From: Macrostomum lignano
Lineage: Eukaryota
Length of the DNA: 64,000 nt
Assembly (NCBI GenBank): GCA_002269645.1
Contig: NIVC01002101.1
Coordinates: 62,001 to 126,000, forward strand
Reading direction: 5' to 3'
In this document: positions 1 to 12,000 of the stretch, piece by piece
Layout: every line of letters begins with the position of its first letter
Position numbering within the stretch: position 1 is the first letter of the stretch
The notes under the pieces: model-generated
Seen by the model: only the letters and a program-made list of their open reading frames with translations
The model's database searches: none
Told to the model about the DNA's origin: nothing
Translations under genes and position numbers: made by a program

Positions 1-67
1 GTGAGAGCCTGGCCTACAGTATTGGTGTACTTTTGTCTGCTCAGGCATGCTCAGGGCTAGTTATAGT

Positions 68-380
68 TAGAGGCAGGGGGCTTGGCGCACTTTAAGTGGC
101 ATTGCCACACAACCGGCGAGAGGCATTGCTGCCCATTCCGCCGACTCCCCTGAGCAGGCACACAAGCGCGCGGATACGTATGCAGTCATACGCACAGGCA
201 CACACTGTCACACAGGAGTGTACAGCGGCCCTAACTTTACTTTATCGTTATAGACATGCAGATTTCACTGAGCCTTGGGGTTGGCCCTCAAGGACATCTA
301 TTTTCACGAGCAGAGCCAAGCCGAGATTCTAATTTAGCTTCATATTAATGTGACTGCACTTGGAATCGAGCCTGGGCCGT
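68..380 (-). mobile_element. tRNA-derived SINE family B, interrupted copy
   Basis: 68-135 and 344-377 are reverse complements of 3790-3870 and 3711-3744 (32/34 identity in the latter). Confidence 0.6.
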
Positions 381-519
381 TGGCACATACGCTTACAACA
401 AGTCTCTATTCAGCCCTGCTTTTTTACAGCCTGTATCTAGAATCCACCTGGAATCTGTAGCGACTCTACAGCAAGCGAAACCCGTTGCGTATTACTATCA
501 GTAGCAAAATTGGTTTCAG

Positions 520-3500
520 GCTAAGCGAACTGGCGACATGGCCACCGCCAAGCGAATGCTGGGCTACGCCAGAGGCTGCGAACCGATGCTGCAGGCTGCT
601 CAAGCTGGCATGCCTGTTGACCTGGCTCAGCTGCCTCCTCTGCCTGGCGAATCTGCCGCTCCGGCTGCCGCTGCCCCCGCCCCCGCCGCTGCGCCATCCG
701 CTGCTGTCATCTGCGAAGTGTCCGAGCTGCCCAAGGAGCTGCAGGGCAACGCTTTGAAAGATCCCGAGGCGGTGTACGACGCGCTGGAGAAGACGCTCAA
801 GGTATCTCATCGCTTTTGTACTTGTTATGCAGGCCTGAAGCTTGCAACCTCTGCTTTTAAAAGACTCAATACACCCTTGACCTTCTCTGCTTTGTCCTCT
901 GGCATTTGATTCTGTTTTAGTCACCCACTTCCTGATTTATTATTCGCAAAAGTGATTGTACTCCTATTTCTCTCTCCCTCTCACCCTCCCCTGTCCCCTC
1001 CCCTCTCCTCTGTATCCCCTGTCTCCTCCCCTCTCCTCTCTATCCCCTGTCTCCTCCCCTCTCCTCTCACCCTCCCCTGTCCCCTCCCCTCTCCTCTAAT
1101 CCTCTCCTCTCGCCCTCTCTTCTCTCACTCTCTCTATCGTCTCTCCATTAAAAGTATCGTCTTACCGCAACAAGAATCGCTAAAGAGCCATTTCTCAAGT
1201 AGACTAAATCGAGTTGTCATAAATGCGAAATGCGATTCTAATTCATAAAGTGACGTCTCAGATACTACTCAGATACGTCCTCAAAGTCGTTATGGAAACG
1301 CCCCAGAGACTCTTCATAGTTTCAGACAATAAACAGTTTCTCAAATTGGCACCAAGTGTCGTTTAAATAAAGTCACTTCTTTCCTATGTTACCTGTGCTA
1401 CCTGCAACGACTCTGAAGTTACTCTGGGACGCCTCCCCCCCCCCCGCCCCTCGCAGGAGAAGCTGGCCCTCGCCGAGGAGAACGCCAGGCGCTTCAAATC
1501 CATGGGCCAAATCACCACTGCTGACCGCTGGGCGAAGCTGGGCCGCAGCGCCACCGCAGATCTGGACTACCTGCTGGGCCAGCGCCGGCTGAAGCGGCCG
1601 CCGCCGAAGTTCAACTTCATCTGGCAGAGTGTCAGCGCAGTCAGGTGCAACCCGGATCTGGGGGAGAACACGCTTGAAGTAAAAGTGCTCAATGGCATCA
1701 GCCTGCCGCTGCCTGAAGGCTTTAAGGAGTCAGATCTGGAGACTCAGGTACGGCATTGCTCGTCTTGCCATCCTCTCCACACGATCCTAGGTTTGCCATC
1801 CCCATCTCACCTGCTGGTTTGCCATCCCCCTCTCTCCTGTAGGTTTGCCATCCCCATCTCACCTGTAGGTTTGCCATCCCCATCTCACCTGTAGGTTTGC
1901 CATGCCCATCTCACCTGTAGGTTTGCCATCCCCACCCCATCTCACCTGTAAGTTTTCAATCCCCATCTCACCTGTAGGTTTGCCATTCCCATCTAACCTG
2001 TAGGTTTGCCATTCCCATCTCACCTGTAGGTTTGCCATCCCCATCTCACCTGTAGGTTTGCCATCCCCACCCCATCTCACCTGTAAGTTTTCAATCCCCA
2101 TCTCACCTGTAGGTTTGCCATCCCCATCTCACCTGTAGGTTTGCCATCCCCACCCCATCTCACCTGTAAGTTTTCAATCCCCATCTCACCTGTAGGTTTG
2201 CCATCCCCATCTCACCTGTAGGTTTGCCATCCCATCTCACCTGTAGGTTTGCCATCCCATCTCACCTGCCGGTTTGCCATCCCTATCTCACCTGCCGGTT
2301 TGCCATCCCCATCTCTCCTGCTGGTTTGCCATCCCCATCTCACCTGCTGGTTTGCCATCCCCATCTCACCTGCCGGTTTGCCATCCAATCTCACCTGCCG
2401 GTTTGCCATCCCCATCTCACCTGCTGTTTTGCCATCCCCATCTCACCTGCCGGTTTGCCATCCCCATCTCACCTGCTGGTTTGCCATCCCCATCTCACCT
2501 GTAGGTTTGCCATCCCCATCTCACCTGCTGGTTTGCCATCCCCATCTCACCTGCCGGTTTGCCATCCCCATCTCACCTGCTGTTTTGCCATCCCCATCTC
2601 ACCTGCCGGTTTGCCATCCCCATCTCACCTGCTGGTTTGCCATCCCCATCTCACCTGCTGGTTTGCCATCCCTATCTCACCTGCCGGTTTGCCATCCCCA
2701 TCTCTCCTGCTGGTTTGCCATCCCCATCTCACCTGCTTGTTCAAGAGCTCAAACCTGATCCCCTATTCAATGCAGATTCCACCAACCCCCGCAGGTGAAA
2801 ATCGAGCTGCCAATCAGCACGGAGTCGCCGCTGACGCAGAGCACGGGCTGGGTGAAGGCCAGCGCCAATCCCAGCTACGATTTCGCCACCCGCTTCGAGG
2901 TGAACCGCAAAGCGCGCAGCACCGCCCGGGTGTTCAAAACTCGCGGACTGAAATTCGATGTCATGTACCGGCGTGGCTTTCTGAAGAAGGACGGCCTGCT
3001 GGGGTCGGCCACAATGAAACTGGAGGAGCTGGAGACCCAGTGCACCTTGCACCGGGGTATTGATCTCATGGATGGCAGAAAGGCGGTTGGCGGCCGGCTT
3101 GAGGTTCAGGTGCGACTGCGCGAGCCGCTGTCCGGAGCCCAGACTGACCAGGTGAGTCGTTTGCATGAGACATTGAAATAAATGTTACTTAATAGAACTT
3201 TCACGAGATATATAGAGGCTGTGACAGAGTTGCTTATTGGAAGCATAATAATTGGAGTTGTACTCACAGCCTAGTGGTTAAAGCGTCGGACTTACGACTT
3301 GAAAGATCCGAGGTTCTATTCTCGATCACACTGGAACAATTCGTGTCTTTGAGCAAGCAAAGACCACTTAAATCTCTGCATTGCTTCAGTTTACCCAGCA
3401 GTGAAATGGGTGCCAGCATTTGCTGGGGTAATTGGGGGTGTGTGGTGACCCCCCCGCCAGTCCTTGGACTGAACAGCCGTACGCAGTCTTCAGATGCGCT

Positions 3501-6500
3501 AAGCTGTCGGTTGCACATCTGCTTTTAGGCCAGGTGTAATCAATTATTGTATATTGTCAAATATTCAAACATTATATTTTCGAATTGAGCCTCGGAAAAC
3601 CGGCAATTTAACACTTAGTGAGGGAACCAAGCCATTGCAGACTTGCTGCTTAATGTCTATGGCCCAAATTGAGTTCTGTGGAGCGCCATAGAGTGGTCCA
3701 GCGCGAGGAGCCCAGGCTCGATTCCGAATGCAGTCACATTAATTTGGAGCAAAATCGGAATCTCCTATGTGAGTGTGTGCCTCACATAGAATGAGCAGCA
3801 ATGCCCCTCGTCGGTTGTGCGACAATTTCGCTTGAAGTGCGCTAAGCTGCGCACAGCCCCCTGCCTCTAGTAAAAGCCACTGCTATGCTCACTGAATCCT
3901 TCGTATCCGTGTTTGTCTGATGAGACCTGCTATTTCCTATGGGTCGAAAGCTTGCGCAACCGTTGAAATGATTGATTTCGACCACAATTCCCCCTCTTTG
4001 GGCCAGGGACAATGAACAGTCAGTCTCTTCAATAGCTTGATCCCACTAATGATTGAGCGTCTTGCTCCAGGCATTTTATTTAACGCACTCTTCTTTCGAC
4101 AGAAAGAATGAGACAAGAAAAACACGAAAAAGTTATTTGTTGCTGTTGACAGTTGAAGTTCAAATTCAGGGAACTATTAGCTTTATTTTAAACTTGGCTT
4201 TTTTGAAAGGAATTATAATAGAGACCTCAAAATTTAAAAAGAAAATAATTTTGAAAAATTAAAACTTTGCGGATTTAGCTCCTATTTTAAAAATTTGATA
4301 AAAAATATTTTCTGGGCAACTGTTGCATGTCTGTGTGAAGAACAATTTCTGTTTTATAGACCAGTTTGTTTTTGTCAAGTTCCTTGATAAACTCGCGACT
4401 TATTGAACGACATCTCGAGCTGCTTGCTGCAGAGTCGCCGATTCGGGCACTCAGGCCAGCTGTAGCATGAGTCGAATGCTCTTCAGTGTCAACACACTGC
4501 CACCTGTGGCACCTGTCCCGTAAATATAGTTTAAATTATTATTCACTGGAGAGGCGTGATAAATTCCGTTCGGGTTGGACTTTGTGCAGCTTTTAAACCA
4601 CCAACCGGAGTTGCCACGCGCAGCAGAGCAGGAGCTACTGATTTGGTTATTGTCGCGGTCAATTGTGGAGAACTGCCTCCCTTTGTTATCCGCAAGCGAG
4701 TCGCTGGTCGTGTTGGAGCTGCCGCTCAGGTACGAAGTGTAGGTCATGGTGTAATTCGTGCTGGCATCGGCCACCGTGAAGCCGGAGTACTCACAGACGT
4801 ACAGCTCATCCGACCAGGTGACGGCCTCGACTCGCAGAAGCTTTGGCGAGCTTCCGGTCAGCTGGTGCATTTTTCTCAGACCTGAAATGTATTTGATATG
4901 ACATTTTAACTATAACATGTATTCCGTTCAGATGACAATCCTTCTTTACTGCTCACCGATCCAGAAGTCCGTCTCATCTCCAAAGCCGTCCTCATACTCA
5001 GTCCATCCGCGACCGAAGCTGAGCACTCCCTTCGATCGGTGTTGAATGATTTTAAATGTTCGGCCTTCGATTTGAACTGGGTCTTCTGAAAAATAATCGC
5101 AATCAATTCTCTGTTGTCATTGAATTCTTTTCGAACTCATTCGTTAGTTGCCGACAGAGAATAGCTGTAATATCTTGAGCAGTCTACATGTAACTGTGCT
5201 CAAAAAGTATAACTTTTGGTTGCTACACTCATTTTAAGTTGCTATTAAGTATTCTAAAATATCACAGTTGTGGCGGATAATGACATACACGTACTCTAAG
5301 TAAGGTGAAAATTAATCAACATGGTTGCTAAGTTTGTGCACAAATTTAACAGCTATTTTCTGCTTGGAACACGGTAAGGTCTGAAGTGATTTGCTTGAAT
5401 AATCAAAGTAAAGCGTAGCCAAACTTAACAGCCATCGCATTCAGCTTCTTACGAGTGCTCGCAGCTTGCTTTCGGACAGCTACTCCGCCAGGAAAGTCGG
5501 CATTGGTTGTGTCCGCGAGGAGGCATTGTTGCGTCCCTGGCACAAAGCCGGCAGCTGAGCAGCCCTTCAAAAATTGCAGCTTGCATTTCAGCGCGCACTC
5601 GGTCAGGCTGCCACCAGACGCTACCGTCGTTGGAGTAGATGTTGTCTGGGTAGCCTCATCAGTGAAGAAAACTGCAGAGAAACATTTTGCGCATCAACTT
5701 GACATGTGCGAGTATTGATCAAAGATATACGAGTTCTGAAAGAAGACAGTCTTATCTGTTAATGCAACGTACCATTCTCGGCGCTGACAACAGTGATCAG
5801 CAGGCACAGGGAGAATCCAACAGCTAGTAGGAATCGAGACATGCTGTCGAATTCGCTTAGCACGAGCGGTTCAACTCCGTCCCTATTCTCACCATCGTAG
5901 GTTCTTTTTTATTTGCGTGACAAAAACTTTCCCATTGTTACTCGGGACTGCGGGGCGGGGCGAATGCGAGGCTGAGCGCGGGTTAGGCTTTGAGTGACGG
6001 TTAGTAAAAGACAATGCGCCAACCAGCTGCTCCCCTTCTTGACTTATTTTCTACCCTCACGGTTAACGCATCCCCATGGCTCAGCCTCTCCATCTGTTTT
6101 TTTCGCATTTCTCGAAGTCGTCAGTTCTGCATGACAACCCTACTGACTTGAAACTTCCCAATACCTGCTAGAGACTTCTGACCGCCGCCCCCACAGCATG
6201 TGTGCAGCAATAGTTGCATTCTAAAAAGTATATTCCAACAGGGGCTCTATCCAGCGCTTTGACTTTTCAGCAATAAGCAGTTGCTTTCTTACCGCTTGCA
6301 TTGAGGATATGAGAGTAAAACGTTTCTACGCTATTAGTGCATCGCTTTACAAGACATTGCACCATATTTGCCTCTGGAATTAGCAAACTTGTGAGGGATT
6401 TTTATGCCCCTGTCGCATCCGCTTGATTCGCGAGCATAAATGGAAAACAACTAGCAACAACAAAAGCTGGGCGCGTCAAACGGCTTATTAACAGCTAATT

Positions 6501-7502
6501 CTATGCAACGACTTATTAACAGCTAATTCTATGAAAATTGTTTTTTTTCGAAAGCGCTTTTAGTCTATATTCATCTAGAGTAATTATTTAAGTTGATAAC
6601 AACTAATACAAATAATAACAATTGATTACACCTGCCCTAATAGACAAATTTGCAACCGACAGCTCAGCCGCAGCTATTGCGCGGCACTTCTGAAGGCTGC
6701 GTACTACTTTTAAGTCCAAGGACTGGGGGGTCACCACCATGGAGGAAAGAATAGAATGGAGTGCTAATCTGAGCAAGTTATTTTTATCTCGCTCGATTTT
6801 CGCTTTTGACATCCCTTTCCCCCCGTTCTTTCCTATTGGCTCGTGACTGCCATAGACAAAGTATTTTTCGTCTCGTTTTCGCTTTTGTTCCCCTCTAAAA
6901 GGTCTGTCCCAGCATAGTATGAGCTCGCATCAAAATATGCTTTCAGCCAATAGGAAAGAACGGGGGAACGGGGCGAGCTCCTAACGAACTTCGAACTCCC
7001 AACTCACAACCCCAACTCCCATTGTTCCACTCAGCAATCCCTAGATCTATGGCATCCCTCATTCCCCTTCCCTCAGGTCCGTGAGCAGTGGCTGCTAATT
7101 GAGCACACCAACCAGGAGCTGCCGCCAAGCCGCCAGGCATCGGCTAGCAGAGCAGGCGGCAGTCGGGCTGGCCATCCTCAGGGCTCAGTGCCGGAGAGCA
7201 GCGCCTACGTGCTGCAGTACGAGATCAGCCTGCTGAAGCCGCACGCTGGCACAAACTCGAAAGCTGCCGAAGCAGTCAGAGGCCTTGAGCAGCGCCTCGC
7301 CCAGCACAAGCAGCTGCTGGCCAACTGTGGCGAGGCTGAGAAGCGGCAGTACTGCTCAGTGCTGCAGCAGCTGTCGGCCACCTATGCTCAACACGCCAAA
7401 TCGGCTTTGCAGGAGAAGGACAGGGGCAAGGCTGAGAAGTTTCTTAAAAAGAAGAAGGAGGCGGACAGGGAGTTTCAGGATGTCAGTTCGCGGTTGCGGT
7501 GA
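520..7502 (+). CDS. CC2D1: CC2D1A/B (lethal giant discs/Freud-1) homolog, 3' part: DM14 repeat, C2 domain, C-terminal helical region; 5' exons lie upstream of the window
   Basis: Exons 520-801, 1457-1747, 2795-3151, 7077-7502, all bounded by AG/GT, all phase 0, joining into one frame ending at TGA. DM14-like AKRTGDMATAKRMLGYARGCEPMLQAAQAGMPVDLAQLPP; C2-like VKIELP...NPSY...GFLKKDGLLGSATMKLEELE...GRKAVGGRLEVQVRLREPL followed by VREQWLLI, typical of this family. Confidence 0.88.
955..1145. repeat. CT-rich low-complexity tract in CC2D1 intron
   Basis: Imperfect (CT)n/CCCTCT runs. Confidence 0.8.
1790..2740. repeat. 26-bp minisatellite filling the CC2D1 intron 1748-2794
   Basis: Unit GGTTTGCCATCCCCATCTCACCTG(TA/CT/CC). 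Confidence 0.95.
3267..3520 (+). mobile_element. tRNA-derived SINE family A
   Basis: A-box-like TAGTGGTTAAAGCG and B-box-like GGTTCTATTCTC, followed by a body TGCATTGCTTCAGTTTACCCAGCAGTGAAATGGGTG; homologous copies at 6648-6740 and 58671-58949. Confidence 0.7.
3680..3872 (+). mobile_element. tRNA-derived SINE family B
   Basis: A-box-like TAGAGTGGTCCAGCGC and B-box-like GGCTCGATTCC; second copy inverted at 68-380. Confidence 0.6.
4451..5842 (-). CDS. Secreted PAN/apple + fibrinogen C-terminal (FReD) protein, family 1 copy A (~282 aa), nested antisense in CC2D1 intron
   Basis: Exons 5842-5773 (signal peptide MSRFLLAVGFSLCLLITVVSA), 5671-5453 (PAN: ECALKCKLQFLKGCSAAGFVPGTQQCLL), 5085-4957 (IIQHRSKGVLSFGRGWTEYEDGFGDETDFWIG), 4881-4451 (FSTIDRDN...C...GWWFKSC...NPNGIY). 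GT-AG, all phase 1, frame intact. Confidence 0.85.
6648..6740 (-). mobile_element. SINE family A, 3' fragment
   Basis: Reverse complement matches 3440-3520 (GGTGACCCCCC..AGTCCTTGGACT...TACGCAG.CTTCAGA...AGCTGTCGGTTGCA). Confidence 0.6.
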
Positions 7503-9094
7503 CTGCAAAGTTTAACAAATTCGGATCTTGTCGATTCTTTGGGTGGGCGGAGCAAGTCATGGAAAGTGGCAGTTTTAAGTCCTGACTAATTAAATATTTG
7601 GGCCAAAAGTCTTCTGAACTGATCCACAATGGCTTTTGATTGCCAGGTAATTTTTGTTTTGATAATCCTAATTTCGTATGAAACGTCATCTATGCTACTT
7701 GAAGTAGGGGGAATCGCTCTGCTTAATGAATAATGCTATTGGCTGTTAATTGACTCCGCGCTTAAAAACTATTTTGAGCAAATGTTAATAATATCAATGT
7801 TTATTTATTTAGCTTTCATATTTGGATGATTAAAATCCAGACTGAAAGTATTTCATATATGAACATGTTAATAAAGCAAATAATACGTTCTCTATATATA
7901 TTCAGCTATGAATTCTAATTGGTAAATAAGCTTTTCCTGTTTATCAATTGGTTGTCTCTCCTTTTTAAATGGTTTCTGCAGTTTTTGAGTAATATTCGTC
8001 GTCAAACGATAGGCTGCTTATAAACTAATTATTATCGGTATCAGTTAGTCCGTCCGCCTTTCTTGGCCTCTGTTACCGAGGTCTGCTACAATTGTGCTCG
8101 GGGGAGACTCCCCTGCAGGCTTGGTCGTTTAATCATATCTCACTTTGAGACCATTTAGCTTGAGCTGACACTGCAGCGGGCCTTCTTCTCGGGCAGCTCT
8201 CGATGCCTTGGCCGTCCTCGGTAGTCTATTTTAGCTGCACGTAAACCACACAAGAATTTTGCGAAAGGCTTCGCTGAAACCGTAGCAAAGTGGCAAACGA
8301 TTTGTTGGCAAAGTCGCTTGACTTTGATTAGATTACAAAGGAGCAGTCAAACTCATTGTTAGGGCTGGGAAATGCCTGCATGTACTCGTAAAGAATGTGT
8401 AGCATCTCTACGCATTTAATTGTATTTAAAATGACCGAAGAAATCCAATTAACAATTTAGAGAATAAAACTAACAGAACATTACAAATTGGCTTAACAGT
8501 TTTTGTTAAAAGAAAGCCTCCGTAAAATCATGGAACAAAATCAAATCTAGTCTTTCCTTAAGTGGTATGCATGTAAAGTCCCAACATTTTAAAATATTCC
8601 ACACATCAATAGAGGAAAGACCGAGGATATCTTACGAGTAATCATTGGATTGCAGGCTTCAGATTGCTTGCTGTGCGGGTTACCAGCCTGCCACGTATCA
8701 ATGATATCTTCACAAAGTGCAATGCGGCATGAATCTCTGATTATTTATAGACTATGGTTAAAGAAATTCATGCACTAACTCCATTGTCTTCTCTAAATAG
8801 TTTTAAATAACCGCTACAGGTATATTTGCAGCGTACATAGGCGTACTAACCGCGGTCGACTCCGCTAGTCCAGGCCTACTAGTCCAGCGATTGCTTAGAT
8901 GGACTACGAGCGTGTTGCAGTACACGCAGAAAATAGATCAGTTGCGGACTTAGACTAAAATTCTACTGAATCAACAGCTGAAAAATTAAGGACACATTTA
9001 TGCATACTCAGCAACAGCCAACCCGCCCCCCTCCACTACAAAATGAGCGCCTCCCTGCGCGATGCCAAAAGGATTGCCTGGATGCGGCGCCATG

Positions 9095-10605
9095 CAAAAT
9101 GATTGCCTGCGGCGCCAAAATGTATGCCTGCCTGCGGCGCCAAAATGAGTGCCTGCCTGCGGCGCCAATATGAGTGCCTGCCTGCGGCGCCAAAATGAGT
9201 GCCTGCCTGCGGCGCCAATATGAGTGCCTGCCTGCGGCGCCAAAATGAGTGCCTGCCTGCGGCGCCAAAATGAGTGCCTGCCTGCGGCGCCAATATGAGT
9301 GCCTGCCTGCGGCGCCAAAATGAGTGCCTGCCTGCGGCGCCAATATGAGTGCCTGCCTGCGGCGCCAAAATGAGTGCCTGCCTGCGGCGCCAATATGAGT
9401 GCCTGCCTGCGGCGCCAATATGAGTGCCTGCCTGCGGCGCCAAAATGAGTGCCTGCCTGCGGCGCCAAAATGAGTGCCTGCCTGCGGCGCCAAAATGAGT
9501 GCCTGCCTGCGGCGCCAAAATGAGTGCCTGCCTGCGGCGCCAAAATGAGTGCCTGCCTGCGGCGCCAAAATGAGTGCCTGCCTGCGGCGCCAATATGAGT
9601 GCCTGCCTGCGGCGCCAAAATGAGTGCCTGCCTGCGGCGCCAAAATGAGTGCCTGCCTGCGGCGCCAATATGAGTGCCTGCCTGCGGCGCCAAAATGAGT
9701 GCCTGCCTGCGGCGCCAATATGAGTGCCTGCCTGCGGCGCCAAAATGAGTGCCTGCCTGCGGCGCCAATATGAGTGCCTGCCTGCGGCGCCAATATGAGT
9801 GCCTGCCTGCGGCGCCAAAATGAGTGCCTGCCTGCGGCGCCAAAATGAGTGCCTGCCTGCGGCGCCAATATGAGTGCCTGCCTGCGGCGCCAAAATGAGT
9901 GCCTGCCTGCGGCGCCAAAATGAGTGCCTGCCTGCGGCGCCAAAATGAGTGCCTGCCTGCGGCGCCAATATGAGTGCCTGCCTGCGGCGCCAAAATGAGT
10001 GCCTGCCTGCGGCGCCAATATGAGTGCCTGCCTGCGGCGCCAAAATGAGTGCCTGCCTGCGGCGCCAAAATGAGTGCCTGCCTGCGGCGCCAATATGAGT
10101 GCCTGCCTGCGGCGCCAAAATGAGTGCCTGCCTGCGGCGCCAAAATGAGTGCCTGCCTGCGGCGCCAATATGAGTGCCTGCCTGCGGCGCCAAAATGAGT
10201 GCCTGCCTGCGGCGCCAAAATGAGTGCCTCCCTGCGGCGCCAAAATGAGTGCCTGCCTGCGGCGCCAATATGAGTGCCTGCCTGCGGCGCCAATATGAGT
10301 GCCTGCCTGCGGCGCCAAAATGAGTGCCTGCCTGCGGCGCCAAAATGAGTGCCTGCCTGCGGCGCCAAAATGAGTGCCTGCCTGCGGCGCCAAAATGAGT
10401 GCCTGCCTGCGGCGCCAAAATGAGTGCCTGCCTGCGGCGCCAAAATGAGTGCCTGCCTGCGGCGCCAAAATGAGTGCCTGCCTGCGGCGCCAAAATGAGT
10501 GCCTGCCTGCGGCGCCAAAATGAGTGCCTGCCTGCGGCGCCAAAATGAGTGCCTGCCTGCGGCGCCAAAATGAGTGCCTGCCTGCGGCGCCAATATAAGT
10601 GCCTA
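9095..10605. repeat. 25-bp satellite, about 60 units
   Basis: Unit GCCTGCCTGCGGCGCCAA(A/T)ATGAGT; explains three overlapping ~500-aa pseudo-ORFs. Confidence 0.97.
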
Positions 10606-11239
10606 CGGTGCCGAAATGAGCGCTAACGATACCGATTCTCAAAATAATGCGCATTTACGAATTAAGCCACACGACTGGCAGTCAGAGTCTCTCAAGAAAT
10701 AAACCCCATCGAGCCAACGACGAGTCACTCGTGGTTCCTGCACACGATACTGAAACTTGCATTAAATGCATTGTTTAACTTTTTTGCCGCGTGACAGTGT
10801 GAGTTGGAGGTGGGTTGGTTAAGCTGTTGAATATATTTACCCTGGAATTTATGGTTCTGTATTGCAACGTAATAGTCGAAATATTCGTAGTCTTTGATCG
10901 CCAGGAACTCAACAGTAATAATCAAACAGCAAACAGATTTTGGCTCTGATGGTAGATCATTTTGCTTATGCCGTTGATAGGTCAAGTTTAAAGACTTTAT
11001 CAGTTTATTTTTATAGAACGTCTTGCATTCAAGAAAAGTGAATGGTAATAAAAACGTAATATAAGCAAGTAGGTTGAGATGATAGAACAGCTAAAACAGA
11101 TAAAAAGGGGATAAAATGAGTTGAGTAAATTTAAGCTTGCCTTGGATATGTCCTTTATTTTCGCCTCGTATATTCTGCACAGACACTCTTCTTGATTCAG
11201 TGGAATAGTATCAATAAAATGTATTCCATGCAAGCCAGG

Positions 11240-12000
11240 ACTGGAGTGCTGTCTGTGGCAGCTGGGAATATGGAGATTGCTGTCTATGGCAGTGGGAGAA
11301 TACATGGAGAGCGCTCGCTGTCTATGGGAGCGGGGAATATGGAGAGTGCTGTCTATGGCAGCTGGGAATATGGAGAGTGCTGTCTATGGCAGCTGGGAAT
11401 ATGGAGAGTGCTGTCTATGGCAGCTCGGAATATGGAGATTGCTGTCTATGGAAGCTCGGAATATGGAGATTGCTGTCTATGGCATCTCGGTATATGAAGA
11501 GTGCTGTCCATGGCATCTCGGAATATGGAGAGTGCTGTCTATGGCATCTCGGAATATGGAGAGTGCTGTCTATGGGAGCGGGGAATATGGAGAGTGCTGT
11601 ATATGGCAGCGGGGAGAATATGGAGAGTGCTGTCTATGGCAGCGGGGAGAATATGGAGAGTGCTGTCTATGGCGGCGGGGAGAATATGGAGAGTGCTGTC
11701 TATGGCGGCGGGGAGAATATGGAGAGTGCTGTCTATGGCGGCGGGGAGAATATGGAGAGTGCTGTCTATGGCAGCGGGGAAAATATGGAGAGTGCTGTCT
11801 ATGGCATCTCGGAATATGGAGAGTGCTGTCCATGGCATCTCGGAATATGGAGAGTGCTGTCTATGGCATCTCGGAATATGGAGAGTGCTGTCTATGGGAG
11901 CGGGGAGAATATGGAGAGTGCTGTCTATGGCAGCGGGGAAAATATGGAGAGTGCTGTCTATTGTAGCGGGGAATCTGGACAGTGCTGCTATGGCAGCGGA
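11240..12000. repeat. 31/33-bp minisatellite
   Basis: Core GAATATGGAGAGTGCTGTCTATGGC with variable linker. Confidence 0.95.

Noticed and set aside
3267-3340. Possible tRNA gene
   Set aside because: A/B boxes are present but no clean cloverleaf, and it continues into a dispersed SINE body.
8998-10654. Three overlapping 510-548 aa ORFs
   Set aside because: Translations of a 25-bp satellite cycling through all frames; no unique coding content.
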